IMG/VR virus record: IMGVR_UViG_3300011115_000454
Location: 1-57,739 of that record
Reading direction: 5' to 3' (one strand)
Source: a virus
Taxonomy: Duplodnaviria; Caudoviricetes
Length of the DNA stretch: 57,739 nt
Below are positions 9,352-19,317 of the stretch, in pieces (positions within the stretch are counted from its first letter, which is position 1; every line of letters begins with the position of its first letter). The translations under genes and the position numbers were made by a program. Under the pieces are notes generated by a model, which saw nothing but the letters and a program-made list of their open reading frames with translations, ran no database searches and was not told the origin of the DNA.

Positions 9352-9741
9352 ATGACTACGAAAAATGACTTGGTGATTAGTGGTTTATACGGCACTCAAG
9401 CCGCCGGTGTTGTTGGTACTGTGGCAACTGGTATTGCTGCTGCTGGTACTACCATTACAACTGGTACGGCTTTGACTGCTGATGTAAACGTGGTATCGAC
9501 AGTTTCAGCTGGTACAACGGACGGAGTAACCCTTCCTACAGACCGCGTAGCTGGCGATACAATTATTGTGGCAAACACTTCAGCTGCTACTTTAAAGGTT
9601 TATGGTTCTGCAACAGCATCGACTGGTGTTATTAACGGCGGCTCCGCAGGCGCTGCTTATTCACTATCAACTGTTACAGCTACCAAATTCATTAAGGTAT
9701 CTGACACAGCAGCAACTTGGATTGCCATTAAAGGTGCTTAA
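9352..9741 (+). CDS. probable capsid decoration/cement protein
   Basis: AAGGA SD; A/T/G-rich beta-type protein immediately after the capsid gene. Confidence 0.55.
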   Translation: MTTKNDLVISGLYGTQAAGVVGTVATGIAAAGTTITTGTALTADVNVVSTVSAGTTDGVTLPTDRVAGDTIIVANTSAATLKVYGSATASTGVINGGSAGAAYSLSTVTATKFIKVSDTAATWIAIKGA

Positions 9742-9743
9742 TA

Positions 9744-9769
9744 TATAGGGGCTTCGGCCCCTATTATTT
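9744..9769 (+). terminator. intrinsic terminator (UUCG hairpin)
   Basis: ataggggc-ttcg-gcccctat followed by tattt. Confidence 0.65.
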
Positions 9770-9781
9770 GAAAGTGGGAAC

Positions 9782-10468
9782 ATGGGAACAGTTACCGCAG
9801 GTACCATTATTGATAAAGCCGCAACTCAGTTAATTGATATTGCTGGGGTGCGATGGACTCGTGCCGAATTATTGGGTTGGCTAAACGACGGATTACGTCA
9901 AATTGTTTTGATGCAACCAACAGCGACCAATACAATTGGTGCGGTTTTACTAACATCAGGAACAAGACAAACACTTCCCACGGGCGGGTGGTTGTTATTA
10001 GGTATCTACAGAAACATGGGAACAACAGGTACAACAGTTGGACGAGCAGTTCGTTTAGTTTCCCGTGAACTTTTAGATGCGTTTAACCCTGACTGGCATA
10101 CCGACACAACTAGTACGGTAACCAAAAATTATATTTATGATATTCAAGACCAGACGGCGTATTATGTTTACCCGCCTAGTACTGGAACAAATTACCTTGA
10201 AATTAACTATTCAATGCAACCTACAAATCTGACATCGGAAGCGCAAGTTATTCCTATATTTGATGTGTATCAGATGTCATTAACTGATTACATTTTGTAT
10301 CGCGCCTGTAGTAAAGACGCAGAGTATGCTCCGGGTTTGCAATTAGCTCAAGGGTATTTAACTACCTTTATTTCATCTGTAGGCGGTAAAGACCAATCTG
10401 AAATTAAAGGTAACCCAGAACAAAGTTTATTGCCTAGAAATCCTAACATACCCGGGTCAATATCATGA
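9782..10468 (+). CDS. head-tail adaptor-like virion protein
   Basis: RWTRAELLGWLNDG and DYILYRA..KDAEYA motifs; post-capsid position. Confidence 0.65.
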   Translation: MGTVTAGTIIDKAATQLIDIAGVRWTRAELLGWLNDGLRQIVLMQPTATNTIGAVLLTSGTRQTLPTGGWLLLGIYRNMGTTGTTVGRAVRLVSRELLDAFNPDWHTDTTSTVTKNYIYDIQDQTAYYVYPPSTGTNYLEINYSMQPTNLTSEAQVIPIFDVYQMSLTDYILYRACSKDAEYAPGLQLAQGYLTTFISSVGGKDQSEIKGNPEQSLLPRNPNIPGSIS

Positions 10469-11112
10469 GCGATATCGCATACGACGAGTTTTTGGTCGAA
10501 GTTATGCCTTATGTTCGGGACGTGCCCGAGGTGGTAGCAATCCAAGCCATTCGAAATGCTGTTATTGAGTTTTGTGAAGAAACTCGTTACCTACAAGTAA
10601 ACCTTGACCCTTTAGCAGGGATTGCTGGAATATCTGAATATGATTTGGAAACTGATGGGACATATCGAATTGTTGACCTTGTTGAAGCATGGTACGGTGA
10701 CGCATTATTAATTCCAAAATCTGTAGAACAAATAACACAAATTTATAGGGCTACTGATTGGCGGGAACTTGAGGGTAATCCTTACTATTATTTTAGAACA
10801 ACATCACAAATTGTTACGGTTATCCCAAAACCAGCTAATACAGAGCCAGGTAAATTAAAAATTAGGGCTGCTATAACTCCTAGTCGAGCTTCTACAGCAG
10901 TGGACGAAGATATTTATGAGCGTTTTCTTGAGTATATTGGTTACGGTGCTCGTGCTCGTTTGTACAATACCCCGAATCAACCATATCATGATTTAAAAAC
11001 TTCTATGGAATACTTAAAGCGGTTTAATGATTCTTTATCTGAAGTTCGTACTCGTGTGAACAAAGGACTCACTCGTGCGTCAATTAATATTGAATTCCAG
11101 AGGATAGTATGA
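10465..11112 (+). CDS. tail adaptor/tubular-like virion protein
   Basis: AIRNAVIEFCEET motif; ATGA-coupled to the previous gene. Confidence 0.6.
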   Translation: MSDIAYDEFLVEVMPYVRDVPEVVAIQAIRNAVIEFCEETRYLQVNLDPLAGIAGISEYDLETDGTYRIVDLVEAWYGDALLIPKSVEQITQIYRATDWRELEGNPYYYFRTTSQIVTVIPKPANTEPGKLKIRAAITPSRASTAVDEDIYERFLEYIGYGARARLYNTPNQPYHDLKTSMEYLKRFNDSLSEVRTRVNKGLTRASINIEFQRIV

Positions 11113-11441
11113 CCGACAAAATTAAACTTGTAAAAGATGATACTCGCCCATCATTAGTTTGTAATATTACTGATGACACAACTGGCGCGGTTATAAATAT
11201 TACGGGCGCAACTGTAAAACTTTACTTTAGAGCTGTTGGTTCTACTACACTACAAGCTACAGTTACTGGGTCAATTACCGATGGTCCTAATGGGCAGGTT
11301 ACTTTTTACCCTTCCTCAGCTCCGGCTATGTTGTCAGGAGATGCAGGCGATTATGAAGGTGAGATAGAAATTACGTTTTCTGATGGGACAATCCAAACAG
11401 TTTACGATACTTTAAAATTTAAAATCAGAGCGGATTTCTGA
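11109..11441 (+). CDS. BppU-N-like Ig-fold virion protein
   Basis: DDTRP...ITGATV...GDYEGEIEITFSDG pattern. Confidence 0.55.
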   Translation: MTDKIKLVKDDTRPSLVCNITDDTTGAVINITGATVKLYFRAVGSTTLQATVTGSITDGPNGQVTFYPSSAPAMLSGDAGDYEGEIEITFSDGTIQTVYDTLKFKIRADF

Positions 11442-12181
11442 TGCCAGCAAAAATTACTCGCGTCAATGCTGCGTCTACAACAACTTCAATCAAGTTAAGA
11501 GTAGGCGTTTCAATTGCCACGCCGGTAATTCAAGAGTCGCATCAAAACCCTGTTGTTTCTGCTATTGCGCAAACTCCTGTTGTTGCATTGTCTCGCGTAT
11601 ACCCAGCATCTGAAATTGACTATATTCTTTTAGCTTCTAATGCATTTTTAGATACCTCTGGTCGTTACGCATACATACCTGACACAGTGGCTATGTTAGA
11701 TGCACAAGCGTTTTCACTTTCAAAAGTTGCCGTTCCAGATTTGTTTACTTTTACTGACGCTACCTCTATAAATACTGGCAAAACAGCAACAGATTCAATA
11801 TCGTTTTCTGATACTGTGCTTGTGCTTAGAGTGGTTACACTTGCTGATTCTGTGACTTTAGACGATACAGTTACTAAACTAATAAGCCCAGCTTATTTTG
11901 AGACTGTTACATTTAACGAAACTACAGCTTTTGTTGTAGATAAAATATTAGCAGATGCGTTCGCTATGAACGATATGTCAGATGTAGATGGCCCAAACAT
12001 ATTATTTTCGTCAAACTACACAAACAATTTAGTTTCTTTTTCTGATGATTCAGTTATATTAACTGACAAAGGCGTTTTTGATTCTGTTTCTTTGGCTGAT
12101 AGCGGCACACTGTATTCTCAAGGTTATTGTGACATCACATACTTTGCTGAATTTTATGTTGGCGACTATAGAACTTTTTAG
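11441..12181 (+). CDS. tail-associated structural protein
   Basis: repeated D-S/T-x-x-F/L-x-D units; tail module. Confidence 0.55.
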   Translation: MPAKITRVNAASTTTSIKLRVGVSIATPVIQESHQNPVVSAIAQTPVVALSRVYPASEIDYILLASNAFLDTSGRYAYIPDTVAMLDAQAFSLSKVAVPDLFTFTDATSINTGKTATDSISFSDTVLVLRVVTLADSVTLDDTVTKLISPAYFETVTFNETTAFVVDKILADAFAMNDMSDVDGPNILFSSNYTNNLVSFSDDSVILTDKGVFDSVSLADSGTLYSQGYCDITYFAEFYVGDYRTF

Positions 12182-12194
12182 TTAGGAGTAATTT

Positions 12195-12641
12195 ATGATT
12201 CACGATAGCATCAAATTCACAGGTAATGTTAAAATTGACATTATTGGCGACGACGGAGTTGTAAAAGATTCCAGAGAAATTAAAAACTTGGTAGTAACAG
12301 CTGGAAAAACTTTTATTGCTTCTCGTATGGTTGGAACTTCTGCAACTATTATGAGCCACATGGAGCTAGGTACTGGAACAACAGCAGCTGCTGTTGGAGA
12401 TACAGCGCTTCAAACAGCAATTTCTGCTTCTCGTGTTACGTTAACAAGCGGCACAAATGCGGCAAACGTAATTACATATGTAGCGTCTTTTCCTGCCGGC
12501 ACTGGAACCGGGGCAGTAACCGAAGCTGGAATATTTAACGCAGCAAGTGCAGGAACTATGCTTTGCCGTACAGTTTTTTCCACAGTCAATAAATCTGCTT
12601 CAGATGCAATGAGTATTACATGGGCAATTACTGCGTCATAA
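12195..12641 (+). CDS. tail-fibre-associated structural protein
   Basis: NLVVTAG, GTGTTAAAVGDTAL, TEAGIFNA and GTMLCRTVF motifs. Confidence 0.65.
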   Translation: MIHDSIKFTGNVKIDIIGDDGVVKDSREIKNLVVTAGKTFIASRMVGTSATIMSHMELGTGTTAAAVGDTALQTAISASRVTLTSGTNAANVITYVASFPAGTGTGAVTEAGIFNAASAGTMLCRTVFSTVNKSASDAMSITWAITAS

Positions 12642-12653
12642 CCAGTATAAACA

Positions 12654-15281
12654 ATGTCAACCATCGTAACTAGGTCAGGTAAAGGCTCACCTCTTACCAA
12701 TACGGAAGTTGATACCAACTTCACAAACTTAAATACTGACAAAATTCAGTCGGGAGATACCGTACCTGCGCTTACAGTTACTACATTGACTGGTAACGGT
12801 GGCACAATAAACAATACAAGTGTAGGTGCGACAACCGAAAGTACAGGAAGATTTACCACAATTACATCAACAGCAACAACGGGGACTGCGCCTCTTGTAG
12901 TTGCGTCAACTACACCAGTTGCAAATCTGTCAATTGGCGGAAATGCTGCTACTGCTACCACTGCTGCAAACGTAACTGGAACAGTAGCTGTTGCTAATGG
13001 TGGTACAGGACAAACAACATATACAGATGGTCAGTTACTAATTGGAAACTCAACAGGTAATACGTTAGCTAAAGCAACACTAACAGCAGGTACAGGAATA
13101 GCTATTACAAATGGTAACGGCACAATAAGTATTGCTGCTACTGGTAGTGGTACTGTTACTTCAGTAACTGGAACTTCTCCCGTTAATTCAAGTGGCGGCA
13201 CAACACCCGCAATTTCTTTGGCTAGTGGGTATGGAGATACTTTAAATCCTTACGCATCTAAGACTGCTAATTATGTTTTAGCAGCCCCCAATGGGTCTGC
13301 TGGCGTTCCAACATTCAGAGCGGTGGTTGCGGCAGATATTCCAACTCTTAATCAGAACACAACGGGAACCGCATCCGATATTACGGCAACAAGTAATAGC
13401 ACATTAACTTCATTAAGCGTTTTGAGTTTACCTTATTCTCAATTGTCAGGCACTGTTCCAACTTGGAATCAAAATACAACAGGTACGGCAAGCAACATTA
13501 CGGCAACAAGCAATAGCACGTTGACAACACTAAGTTCTTTAAGTTTGCCCGGTTCTCAGGTTACTGGAAACATTAGTGGGAATGCTGCCAATGTAACTGG
13601 AACAGTAGCCGTTGCTAATGGCGGTACAGGGGCTACAAATGATACAAATGCAAGGTCTAATTTAAGTGCCGCAAAAAGCGGAGCAAATACAGACATAACG
13701 TCAGTTACTTTGACAACAGGAACAATATCAACTGCTCCTAGTTCAAGTACAGACATTGTTAACAAGTCTTATGCTGATTCAATTGCAAGTGGAGTTAACT
13801 TTCATCCTGCCGCACAATATGCAACAACTGCAAGTTTAGGAACTGTTACTTACAGCAATGGTACAAGTGGCGTTGGAGCAACTTTAACCAATGCTGGTAC
13901 ACAAGCCACATTAGCAATTGATGGATATACATTTAGTGCAACAGATGTTACTAATGCAACCCGTGTTTTAGTTAAAAATCAATCTACTCAATCGCAAAAT
14001 GGTGTTTATACAGTAACTAACCAAGGTTCAGGCTCTACAAACTGGGTTTTAACTAGGGCAACTGATTACGATACAAGTGGAGCAGGAACAAACGAAGTTG
14101 ACCAAGGCGATATGGTTTTGGTTATCAATGGTACGGCTAATGCCAATACTTCATGGGTTCAACAAACTCCATTGCCTATTACGATTGGTACAACTTCAAT
14201 TGTTTTTGTTCAGTTTGCGGCAATTCAAACTTATACCGCAGGCACAGGTTTAACGCTTACAACAAATCAATTTTCAATTACAAGTACAGGAACTGCGGGA
14301 ACTTATGGTTCTGCAAGTAGTGTTCCAGTATTCGTTACCAATGCTCAAGGACAAGTTACAAGCGTTACCAATACTGCAATAGGAACATTAAATCAAAATA
14401 CAACAGGGTCAGCCGCAACGCTAACAACAGGCAGAACAATAGCCGTTACAGGCGATTTGGCTTACACAAGCCCAAGTTTTGATGGTTCGGCAAATGTGAC
14501 TGCCGCAGGGACATTAGCAACTGTAAACACCAATGTTGGTTCGTTTACAAATGCAACTCTTACAGTCAACGGCAAAGGTTTAATAACTGCCGCATCAAGT
14601 GGAACAGCACCAGTAACATCGGTAACTGCGACAAGCCCTGTTGCATCCACAGGCGGTGCAACTCCAGTTATATCTATGCCTGCCGCAACTACTTCTGTAA
14701 GCGGTTACCTTACTTCTACTGACTGGACTACGTTTAACAATAAAGGTAGTGGAACAGTAACAAGCGTAGCGGCATCAGTTCCATCATTTTTATCCGTTGC
14801 TGGCTCACCCATTACAACAAGTGGCACATTGGCTATTACTTATAGTGGCACAGCACTACCTATTCTTAATGGCGGTACGGGGCAAACAACAGCAAATGCT
14901 GGTTTAAACGCTTTATTGCCATCTCAAACAAGCAATAGTGGAAAAGTTTTAAGCACAAATGGCACAGATGCATCGTGGATTTCTGCTAGTGGAACTGGTA
15001 CAGTAACAAGCGTAGCCGCTACTGTTCCTAACTTTTTATCTGTTTCAGGCTCTCCAATTACAGCGGCTGGTACATTGGCTATTAGTTATGCTTCAACCCC
15101 ATCAAATGGTCAATTGTTAATTGGTAACGGAACAGGTTTTTCCTACGCTACCTTAACGGCAGGAACAGGAATTACAGTTACAAACGGTTCAGGGACAATC
15201 CAAATTGATTCAACTGGAAGCGGAGGCGGAGTCACGTTAGGCGCAGTAGTAACAACAGCCCAAGGCTGGAACATGATTTAA
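12654..15281 (+). CDS. long tail fibre (875 aa)
   Basis: T/G/S-rich; KGSPLTNTEVDTNF N-terminus; repeated GTVTSV and ANGGTG modules; RVLVKNQ..QNGVY domain. Confidence 0.85.
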   Translation: MSTIVTRSGKGSPLTNTEVDTNFTNLNTDKIQSGDTVPALTVTTLTGNGGTINNTSVGATTESTGRFTTITSTATTGTAPLVVASTTPVANLSIGGNAATATTAANVTGTVAVANGGTGQTTYTDGQLLIGNSTGNTLAKATLTAGTGIAITNGNGTISIAATGSGTVTSVTGTSPVNSSGGTTPAISLASGYGDTLNPYASKTANYVLAAPNGSAGVPTFRAVVAADIPTLNQNTTGTASDITATSNSTLTSLSVLSLPYSQLSGTVPTWNQNTTGTASNITATSNSTLTTLSSLSLPGSQVTGNISGNAANVTGTVAVANGGTGATNDTNARSNLSAAKSGANTDITSVTLTTGTISTAPSSSTDIVNKSYADSIASGVNFHPAAQYATTASLGTVTYSNGTSGVGATLTNAGTQATLAIDGYTFSATDVTNATRVLVKNQSTQSQNGVYTVTNQGSGSTNWVLTRATDYDTSGAGTNEVDQGDMVLVINGTANANTSWVQQTPLPITIGTTSIVFVQFAAIQTYTAGTGLTLTTNQFSITSTGTAGTYGSASSVPVFVTNAQGQVTSVTNTAIGTLNQNTTGSAATLTTGRTIAVTGDLAYTSPSFDGSANVTAAGTLATVNTNVGSFTNATLTVNGKGLITAASSGTAPVTSVTATSPVASTGGATPVISMPAATTSVSGYLTSTDWTTFNNKGSGTVTSVAASVPSFLSVAGSPITTSGTLAITYSGTALPILNGGTGQTTANAGLNALLPSQTSNSGKVLSTNGTDASWISASGTGTVTSVAATVPNFLSVSGSPITAAGTLAISYASTPSNGQLLIGNGTGFSYATLTAGTGITVTNGSGTIQIDSTGSGGGVTLGAVVTTAQGWNMI

Positions 15282-15291
15282 AGGAGTTTTT

Positions 15292-15717
15292 ATGGCAGCA
15301 AATACAGCACCAATTTTTTCACTTGCAGGGGCAGTAAGTTTAGGAACAGCTATCGGTACATCAATTGTTACTGATTACGTTGGTACAGGCGCAAACAACG
15401 TAGTAGCGTTCACGGCTAATGCAACTAATGGAGGATTTGTACAACGTATTCGTTTTAAAGCTGTTGGCACAAATGCTGTGTCTGTTGCTCGTATTTATAT
15501 AAACAACGGGTCAACTAATGCAACTGCGGCAAACAACACGTTTTATGGTGAATTGTCTTTACCTTCTACAACTGCTTCAACAACTGCTGGTACGGTTGAT
15601 ATTGACTATCCATTAAACTTTGCTTTACCTGCGGGGTACAGAATTGTTATTGGTATTTCTGCGGCGGCGGCTCTTGCATCAGGCTGGACACCAACGGTAA
15701 TTGCTGGCGCATACTAA
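15292..15717 (+). CDS. tail-fibre accessory protein
   Basis: AAGGAG SD; MAANTAPIF start; lies between the fibre and the Gly-rich genes. Confidence 0.6.
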   Translation: MAANTAPIFSLAGAVSLGTAIGTSIVTDYVGTGANNVVAFTANATNGGFVQRIRFKAVGTNAVSVARIYINNGSTNATAANNTFYGELSLPSTTASTTAGTVDIDYPLNFALPAGYRIVIGISAAAALASGWTPTVIAGAY

Positions 15718-16676
15718 TGCTTGACCTAAACAATCTTTTAACAAACCAAAAGGTTGATAAGCAGACTTTCTACGCTAATTCTCAAACGTCTGGAGCAGGA
15801 TGGGCAACATGGGCTAAACCTAGAGGCGTTAATTTTATTTCTATTTTGGCTATAGCCGGAGGAGGAGGCGGCGGCGGTGGCGGAAGAGCAGTTGCTGGAT
15901 CAGCAGCTGGAGGCGGGGGTGGCGGTGGTAGTGCGTATGTTTCATCATTATTTCCCGCTTGGATGCTTCCTGATGTGCTTTATGTATCAGTTGGAAAAGG
16001 TGGCGCTGGATCAATTGTAGCAGGCGCTGGATCAGCTGGTATAAATACATATATTTCAATATATTCATCTACTACAGGCAATAACGTAATTCATGCAGTT
16101 CTTTCTGGATCAGGAGGTACTGGTGCTGGTGGTGCTGGTGCTGCTGGCCCTGCTACTACCGTGCCTAATGCTTGTTTAGCATCTATAGGAACGTTTTATT
16201 CAGGTACTTCTGGAAGTCAAAGTGCTGCTGGACAAATAGGTGCTACTGGTTCTACTGTTTCTGCGGGAAATTCAATAACTCCTACAAATTCACTTACTAC
16301 AGGCGGCGCAGCAGGTGGCTGTTATGCTACTGCCGCAAATTCTGCTGGCGGCGCGGGCGGAAATATTAATGGAGTTGCAAATACTTTTTTTCCTACAGGT
16401 CTTTCTGGCGGAACTGCGGGAACAGCTGCTGGAACGGTAGGCAGTAATGGCTCTAACGGAGTTCAAATGTTTCCAAATTTGCCATTTGGCACAGGCGGCG
16501 CTGGGGGCGGTGGAGCGGGTCAAGCTGCCACAGGTAATACAGGTTTAAATGGCGGCTCAGGCGGTAATGGGCAATATGGTTGTGGCGGGGGTGGCGGAGG
16601 CGGTGGTTTTACCGGATCATCTGGCGGTTATGGCGGCAATGGTGGCGATGGTCTTGCAATTATTACTTCATGGTGA
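15717..16676 (+). CDS. glycine-rich adhesin-like protein, paralogue 1
   Basis: MLDLNNL...W.KPRG...poly-G...YGCGGGGGGGG...GGDG..IITSW. Confidence 0.8.
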   Translation: MLDLNNLLTNQKVDKQTFYANSQTSGAGWATWAKPRGVNFISILAIAGGGGGGGGGRAVAGSAAGGGGGGGSAYVSSLFPAWMLPDVLYVSVGKGGAGSIVAGAGSAGINTYISIYSSTTGNNVIHAVLSGSGGTGAGGAGAAGPATTVPNACLASIGTFYSGTSGSQSAAGQIGATGSTVSAGNSITPTNSLTTGGAAGGCYATAANSAGGAGGNINGVANTFFPTGLSGGTAGTAAGTVGSNGSNGVQMFPNLPFGTGGAGGGGAGQAATGNTGLNGGSGGNGQYGCGGGGGGGGFTGSSGGYGGNGGDGLAIITSW

Positions 16677-16679
16677 TTT

Positions 16680-17660
16680 ATGCTTGATCTTAATAATTTA
16701 CCCACAAATCAAAAAATTGACAGGCAAATTTTTTATGCCACCTCTAGCTCACAAGGCGGCACTTGGATTGCATGGCTAAAACCTCGTGGCGTTAATTTTA
16801 TAAGAATTTTATGCCTTGCTGGAGGTGGAGGTGGAGGTGGAGGGTTTGTTGGTGCGGCGGCAGTAGGAACTGCTGGTGGTGGCGGTGGGGGAGCTTCTTC
16901 ATCTCAAACAATTATTACTTTTCCTGCATGGGCATTACCTGATGTGCTTTATGTGGCTGTTGGATATGGTGGCGCAGGAGGTACAGCTTCTTCTAATGGC
17001 GCCACCGGCGTTGACACATATATTTCAATTTATGAAAGTGTGGTTCCAAACAATACAGTTTGCTATGCAAATGCCGGAGGAGGTGGAAATGCCGCTCTTG
17101 CGGGAGGATCTGGCGGATCTGCTGGCGGCGCTGGTACGGTTGCAAATTCGTATGTGGCAATTTTAGGGCAAAGCGGTAGATCAGCCGCAGCAAATTTAGG
17201 TATTGCCGCACAAGCTGGTGGTGCTGGCGGTAATAATGGCGGAGTAGGTACAAGTTTAATTTTACCAACTAGTGGGCTTATTGTTACAGCTGGGTCAGGT
17301 GGCGGTGGTTACGCTACTGGTGCAAATAGTCCGGGTGGTTCTGGTGGAGCGCTTCAGCCTGCTTCAGCGCCAGTTTTCCCAACTCAACCTACTGCGGCTG
17401 GTGGAACATCGGCAGGAACTGCTGGGGCAAATGGTTCAAATGGAGTGCAGGCTATGCCAAATTTACCATTTTTTTATGGCGGAAGCGGTGGAGGTGGAGC
17501 GGGTCAAGCCGCTACTGGTAACACAGGACTCACAGGAGGTTCTGGTGGCAAAGGTGCTTATGGTTGCGGAGGAGGGGGTGGTGGCGGAGGATTCACAGGC
17601 TCTACAGGGGGTCGAGGTGGCGATGGTGGCGATGGTTTGGTAATAATAACTTCGTGGTGA
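16680..17660 (+). CDS. glycine-rich adhesin-like protein, paralogue 2
   Basis: same architecture as 15717..16676. Confidence 0.8.
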   Translation: MLDLNNLPTNQKIDRQIFYATSSSQGGTWIAWLKPRGVNFIRILCLAGGGGGGGGFVGAAAVGTAGGGGGGASSSQTIITFPAWALPDVLYVAVGYGGAGGTASSNGATGVDTYISIYESVVPNNTVCYANAGGGGNAALAGGSGGSAGGAGTVANSYVAILGQSGRSAAANLGIAAQAGGAGGNNGGVGTSLILPTSGLIVTAGSGGGGYATGANSPGGSGGALQPASAPVFPTQPTAAGGTSAGTAGANGSNGVQAMPNLPFFYGGSGGGGAGQAATGNTGLTGGSGGKGAYGCGGGGGGGGFTGSTGGRGGDGGDGLVIITSW

Positions 17661-17663
17661 TAT

Positions 17664-18641
17664 ATGCTTGATTTAAACAATTTACCAAACAATCAAAAAA
17701 CAGATCAGCAGATTTTTTATACCAATTCAATAGGTAGTACAAGATGGGCGGTTTGGAATAAATCAAGGGGTGCTGGATTTATTCATATTTTTGCTCTTGG
17801 TGCAGCAGGCGGTGGTGGCGGCGGCTTCGCTGGCGGTGCAGGTGCAGCAGGTGGCGGCGGTGGAGGAGCTTCAGGCGGGTTTGCTAGTGCTTTCTTTTTA
17901 GCCGCTGATTTGCCTGATGTGCTTTATGTATCAGTTGGGAAAGGTGGCGCTGGCGGAGCAGTTGGTTCTGGTGGAACGACTTCTGGACCTACCTACATAG
18001 CTATTTATCCAGATGATGTTAATAACAATCTTTTCTTGTTAAATATAAGTACTGGCAATGGTGGTGGCGCTGGTAGCGCTGGAGCAGGTGGAACGGCGGG
18101 AACCGTTTCTTCTACTATTGCTTTATCAAATCAATCTTTAGCTGGATTAGGAACTTTTTATTCTACAGCTACAGGATCTGTAGGTGTTGCTGGACAGGCG
18201 GGTAGTGCTGGCGGAGGAATTAACGGCAATCCGGGTAGTAGTATTACTTATCCAACAACAGGGTCAATTACTTGTGGCGGGGGTGGCGGGGGCGGATATG
18301 CGTCTGCAACTAGCCCTGGTGGCAATGGCGGAAGAGTGACTACTGTTATTGCAGGTTGGCCTGCAACCGCAATATCTAATGGAGGTTCTGCTGGAGGCGG
18401 AGCAGGAAACAACGGCTCAAACGGTTTTCAGGTGTTTCCAAAAATGATGTTGTTTATTGGGGGCGCTGGAGGCGGGGGCGCTGGCTGCGGAGCAACTGGC
18501 ACAATAGCTGACATAGGCGGCGCGGGAGGCAAAGGTGCTTACGGTTGTGGTGGCGGCGGCGGAGGGGGTGGCTTTACGGGAACAACAGGTGGCATAGGCG
18601 GGGATGGTGGCGATGGTTTGGTAATAATAACTTCATGGTGA
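17664..18641 (+). CDS. glycine-rich adhesin-like protein, paralogue 3
   Basis: same architecture. Confidence 0.8.
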   Translation: MLDLNNLPNNQKTDQQIFYTNSIGSTRWAVWNKSRGAGFIHIFALGAAGGGGGGFAGGAGAAGGGGGGASGGFASAFFLAADLPDVLYVSVGKGGAGGAVGSGGTTSGPTYIAIYPDDVNNNLFLLNISTGNGGGAGSAGAGGTAGTVSSTIALSNQSLAGLGTFYSTATGSVGVAGQAGSAGGGINGNPGSSITYPTTGSITCGGGGGGGYASATSPGGNGGRVTTVIAGWPATAISNGGSAGGGAGNNGSNGFQVFPKMMLFIGGAGGGGAGCGATGTIADIGGAGGKGAYGCGGGGGGGGFTGTTGGIGGDGGDGLVIITSW

Positions 18642-18652
18642 TATGATACGCA

Positions 18653-18838
18653 ATGGTTAAAAATGGTGTAGTTGAGAATGTTTCTTTATGGGATGGGGAC
18701 ACAAATAAGTGGCAACCCCCTGAAGGAATAACTTGTATTCCTGCGCCTGATGAAATAGGAATTGGTTGGACATGGGATGGGTCTAATTGGACTGCTCCTG
18801 TTATTCCTGAGCCGCCTGTTGAGGAAACTCCAGCATGA
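18653..18838 (+). CDS. small fibre/adhesin companion protein
   Basis: V.NGVVENV..WDG...GIGWTWDG..W pattern typical of genes following Gly-rich fibre genes. Confidence 0.65.
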   Translation: MVKNGVVENVSLWDGDTNKWQPPEGITCIPAPDEIGIGWTWDGSNWTAPVIPEPPVEETPA

Positions 18839-19074
18839 CCCCCGAACTTGATAAATATTATTCTGACCGATTCTCGATGATGGCATCTGAGGGTTGGAAG
18901 GAATTATTAATTGATATTGACAACATGATAGTTTCCCTTAATAATATATCTGTAATTCAAGACGAAAAGTCTCTCCAATTCAAAAAAGGAGAACTTTCCA
19001 TACTTAATTGGCTAAAAACCTTGAAACAGGTTTCCGAAAGAGCATACGAGGATTTGAATGAAAAGAATATTTGA
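18835..19074 (+). CDS. small helical phage protein (MTPELDKYY...)
   Basis: ATGA-coupled; resembles small post-portal proteins (recalled resemblance). Confidence 0.65.
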   Translation: MTPELDKYYSDRFSMMASEGWKELLIDIDNMIVSLNNISVIQDEKSLQFKKGELSILNWLKTLKQVSERAYEDLNEKNI

Positions 19075-19317
19075 ATTTGCCTGTGAAAACGGGAGTAATG
19101 GTTTTCAAATACTTCCTAAATTAATGATGTTTATTGGTGGTAGTGGAGGTGGTGGTGCAGGTGGAAGTGCCACAGGAAGCTTGACTGATATTGGTGGTAA
19201 AGGGGGCAAAGGTGCTTACGGTTGTGGGGGCGGAGGCGGAGGGGGGGCTTTACTGGCACAACTGGAGGCAGAGGCGGGGATGGTGGTGATGGTTTGGTTA
19301 TCATTACTTCTTGGTAA
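19058..19317 (+). pseudogene. chimeric remnant: MKRIFEFACEN start fused to the C-terminal quarter of a fourth Gly-rich paralogue, frameshifted in a G7 run
   Basis: NGSNGFQ...GAYGCGGG matches paralogue 3; FTGTTGGRGGDGGDGLVIITSW* continues in another frame after G19241-19247. Confidence 0.75.

Noticed and set aside
19088-19317. Fourth Gly-rich fragment as the template repeat of a diversity-generating retroelement
   Set aside because: No reverse transcriptase is seen in the genome, and differences from paralogue 3 are mostly synonymous and not adenine-specific
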